DNA of 64,000 nucleotides from Raillietiella orientalis. Its lineage: Eukaryota. Both the position numbers and the translations under genes were made by a program. Where the stretch lies: the NCBI GenBank assembly GCA_036172245.1, contig JAYWIR010000053.1, positions 372,001 to 436,000 of the forward strand, in the 5' to 3' direction. Under the pieces are notes generated by a model. That model searched no databases and was not told the origin of the DNA. It saw only the letters and a list, made by a program, of their open reading frames with translations. Shown piece by piece: positions 60,801 to 64,000 of this stretch. How positions within the stretch are numbered: position 1 is the stretch's first letter; every line of letters begins with the position of its first letter.

Positions 60801-63800
60801 TCACGATCCCTCAAGCGCCTCCCGTCGTCTCCATCTGGCAGACAAAAAGTCTGGATACGAGAGGGAGTGGCCACATCGGGATAGTCAGAAGCGCGCTCAC
60901 TCTTTCACGCAGGTGAGAAACCCGGGCTAACGTTGCACGGGAGCGACGAACGAACCATCATCCAAGGCCATTGCTGTTCCGAATTTGAGGAACTCAGTTG
61001 CCTCGAGCATCGCTTCTTCCGGTATCTCTGACCAGGAAAACAAGAATGGAAGCCTGCATCTTGCGCGGGTGGAGCGGGCCAAAAATTGGGCATCCATGGA
61101 AACGGGCGAATCCGCGTTTCTTTGCTTTTCCTGTTTCAACTAATTACTAGTTCCCAGCAGATTGGGGTGGGTAGCGGGAGAAGGCATCGGCGATCGTAAT
61201 GCTTTCGCGAAAGTCCGGCGCCATCAGCAAGAAGGAGGGAGACGCGGTGCATCCGCTGCTAGGCGTGGACCAGAACGAAGAGGGAGCTGTCTCAACGTCA
61301 CCTGGAACGCACGGGAGCCGTTCGTCATGATGGCGAGGCGAGCGAGCTTCAGGCGAGTACCGCGGAATTCCTCCCGTGGTCACGATGTCGCGGGGTTGAG
61401 GCGTGAGTTACAAACCACCCGCTCCAACTCCACATCGCTTCCGTTCACACTTACAGTGACGTCACTCGAACAGCTGCTTTGCCCAACCTACTTGCAATCA
61501 TGGAATCTCAGAACGTGGGGACATTTCCCTGGCTTTCGAGACGAAGCTTTTCGAGAACCTTCGGCGTGCCGGTGTTCCCTCTGGTAGCTCTCTTCCAGGC
61601 CGCCTCCGGAGAGCGTCGGCCCCTCTCGGCGTGCTTTCTGAAACGTCGCCACCTGTGGTTTCCGTTTCCCACGTGGCGGGAAAGTTCGCGCCGTACACGC
61701 GGGGAAGCAAACGGTTTGGACTTGGGATATAGCTTCGAAAGCTTGTTTGCATGTTCCGAATCGGAATCTCCTCAGGAAGCTTAATCATCTCTAGGAGGTT
61801 TTTTATTAGTTGGACATTTCATGGATGCACAAAGAGGGATGGATTTGCGGCTTGAACATACATGATCGATTACATTGCGTACTTTGCAGAGCTTCCCAGA
61901 AAGGGAGAAACAAAGTGGCAATAAGAATACCGAATTCACAAATGCATTCAGAACAGCGGTTCGTGCATCGCCATAAGTACCTTTTGACCAATTCATTGAA
62001 GACATCTGGGAATAAAGGAGAAGGAAGACCGATGGAATGGAAGCACGAATGGAGATACCTTCAATGACATTAAGGCTATCGCAAAAGCGGCGATAGCACT
62101 TGGCATGTGAAACCCGTCTTCAATTAAAGTCAGCGAACGTGTGACATGACCGATGAGAAGTTTAGCAAAGTAAAACGGTGGAGTTTCAAGAACCTGAAAC
62201 AGAACACGACACCTGTTTCGAATATATCTACCTGCAATTTTCAGTGACTGTAATGTTTGGTCACTGAAAAACAGCATACAAAGAGCATTTCATTCTGCCC
62301 GATTCTGAGGGTTACCTGTTCATCGGAAGAAAGAGAAATTCTGAACGAAAACACTGCCACAGAGCGAGTGGAATTTGGATCTCTATAAAGAGATCTCGAA
62401 AAACGCCGACACCAAGGAAGCGTCTATCGACTGGACATTCAATTCGCTTGTGACTTCAGAAGATACTGGCTGGCAGGCAATGCAGAGAGGTAGCATGAAG
62501 AAAGAGAATCAGCTGGTCCCCATCAAGCACGTGATTCATGAGCCGCAGCAGACATACTGAATTTCTCTTCTTTCACAGTTCCCTGCTGTAGTGGGCTAAG
62601 AATCCCCTGATGACTCTTGATTTGACGATTTAACGAGCATGTGGTTTTTTCGCACACGTTCAACGTAAAAAGAACAGAAGCTAAATATACAATCATGAAG
62701 TATCCCTAATCTCTACCTATCTTTCTCTGGTTAAGAACGCAAGGCTTCTATGTAAGAGTTTCGAGAAGACAGTGAGGATCACCAAGATTTGGAAATTGTT
62801 CTGAACCTCACAGGAGGAGAATGGCATTACGTGCTGTATCGAGTATAGCTGGGAAAGGGGCAAAGCCTGATGTAGTTGCAGCTTCACTCTTAAGCGATGA
62901 AGCCCATCCTAGTGTAAAAGATAACAGAGGACAGTCACCCTCACTTTCCGCTAGTGGTCCTGGCAGTGTAGCTTCTTTTCTTTTTCGGAAGACAAGATTT
63001 GCATGGAGACGAATACCTACATAGAGAGAGAACGAAGAATTGCCTGGGAGGGTTAAAGCTGGCGGATGAATCGGTCACGCTGATTATGAACAGGTGTCTT
63101 CCGTTACTCACCCCTCCAGGCAGTGAGGTGAACAAACGGGCACAAGAAACTCTTGAGGACATGGTCCAGAAGAAAATCTTGGAATCGCTTTCAGATAGGG
63201 ATCCCTGAGAACACATGGCAGTCCATTGCTTTGAAAAAATTCCTAGGCACACCAAAGAGATACAGAAGTTGTAGATTAAAAGAAGAAAGGCTTCGAGGGG
63301 AAACGTGCTATAAATCCGCCTTCCAGAACGATTGAAGGCGTCACTTTCAGAAGAAATAGGAGAACATTTGCGTCCTTCGTGAGGGCATTGCAAAGAGAGC
63401 ACGCTCGGCAATCCCTGGCAGGAAAGCATCCCGATCAAGGAAGAGCCATGCTGAGCGTGAAACTGGGCAGCACCCTACGTTGCGAAACTTCCTCGGCAGC
63501 AGAAGAGGCTCGCGAACGAAGAGAAACATTCCGCAAATAGGCGGAGGAAGATTCGTTTGCTCCACGGGCAATTCCATTGCACATAATGGGCCGATCCCGG
63601 AAACAAGTCTCCGTGCGGTGCCAGCACAGTTCAGGAGGTAGACAGAGGAGCCACTAGCAACGGGAAGATGGCTAAGGCAATCAAACTCTCAGGTCTTCGT
63701 GGCGCTCAAACTATGCCATACTGAGAGGCTGGATCACTCAGCAGGAAAGCAACGCGCACCCGTGCCCTCATTCACACCAAAGTGAGACAGAACTTTTGCC

Positions 63801-64000
63801 ACGTGGGCTACGAAAGCGTCACAGAACCACCTGTGTCGCGGTACTTCCGTGTCGATCGTGTGCCACCATTTTAGCTTCAAGGGGAGTGTCTGAAGAAAAA
63901 TTAAAGTTTCACTCAACATTTCGTCTCCCAAGAAACCCTGCAGCTCTGAAAAGACATAGCGTTCGAGACAGAACAGCGAAAAAGGGAAGCTGATGGAAAA

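Noticed and set aside
50779..60803. LTR retrotransposon (1.4-kb direct repeats around 7.2 kb, ending near CA)
   Set aside because: No TG start, no PBS, a pyrimidine rather than purine tract before copy 2, and no gag/pol motifs recognised in the interior.
52200..64000. Host genes in the right-hand region
   Set aside because: Only short stop-interrupted frames with no domain I recognise; cannot be called without homology or RNA data.

Overview
Eukaryotic genomic window (organism not identifiable from the sequence). About 40 kb of it (1-30.2 kb and 40.0-50.8 kb) is a dense pile of related L1/Tx1-like non-LTR retrotransposons: CCHC zinc-knuckle ORF1, and ORF2 with APE endonuclease, RT and a C-terminal CCHC. 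These fall into several diverged lineages, labelled here X and A-H. One copy (F, 10690-16595) is full length, nearly intact and has a 9-bp TSD. All lineages share a 5' motif (GGACGTG plus T-run) and a 3' terminus with no poly(A) tail (AATAAA, CCCGG-N5-CCGGG hairpin, TGAYAA). The elements are nested inside one another up to 5-6 deep. Three junction types each occur twice at the identical nucleotide register in diverged copies. F inserts in the endonuclease GDFN codons of E, A inserts antisense at the RT D-x-|R-K-A-F-D motif of B and G, and C inserts antisense at the C-S-V-V codons of A ORF1. This suggests a network of LINE lineages that target conserved coding motifs of their relatives (inference, two observations per junction). 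The rest is lower-GC host DNA with no gene I can name, an old ~0.5-kb inverted duplication (34.1/37.3 kb) and a near-identical 1416-bp direct repeat (50779-52194 / 59385-60800). Similarity statements are by eye, not computed.
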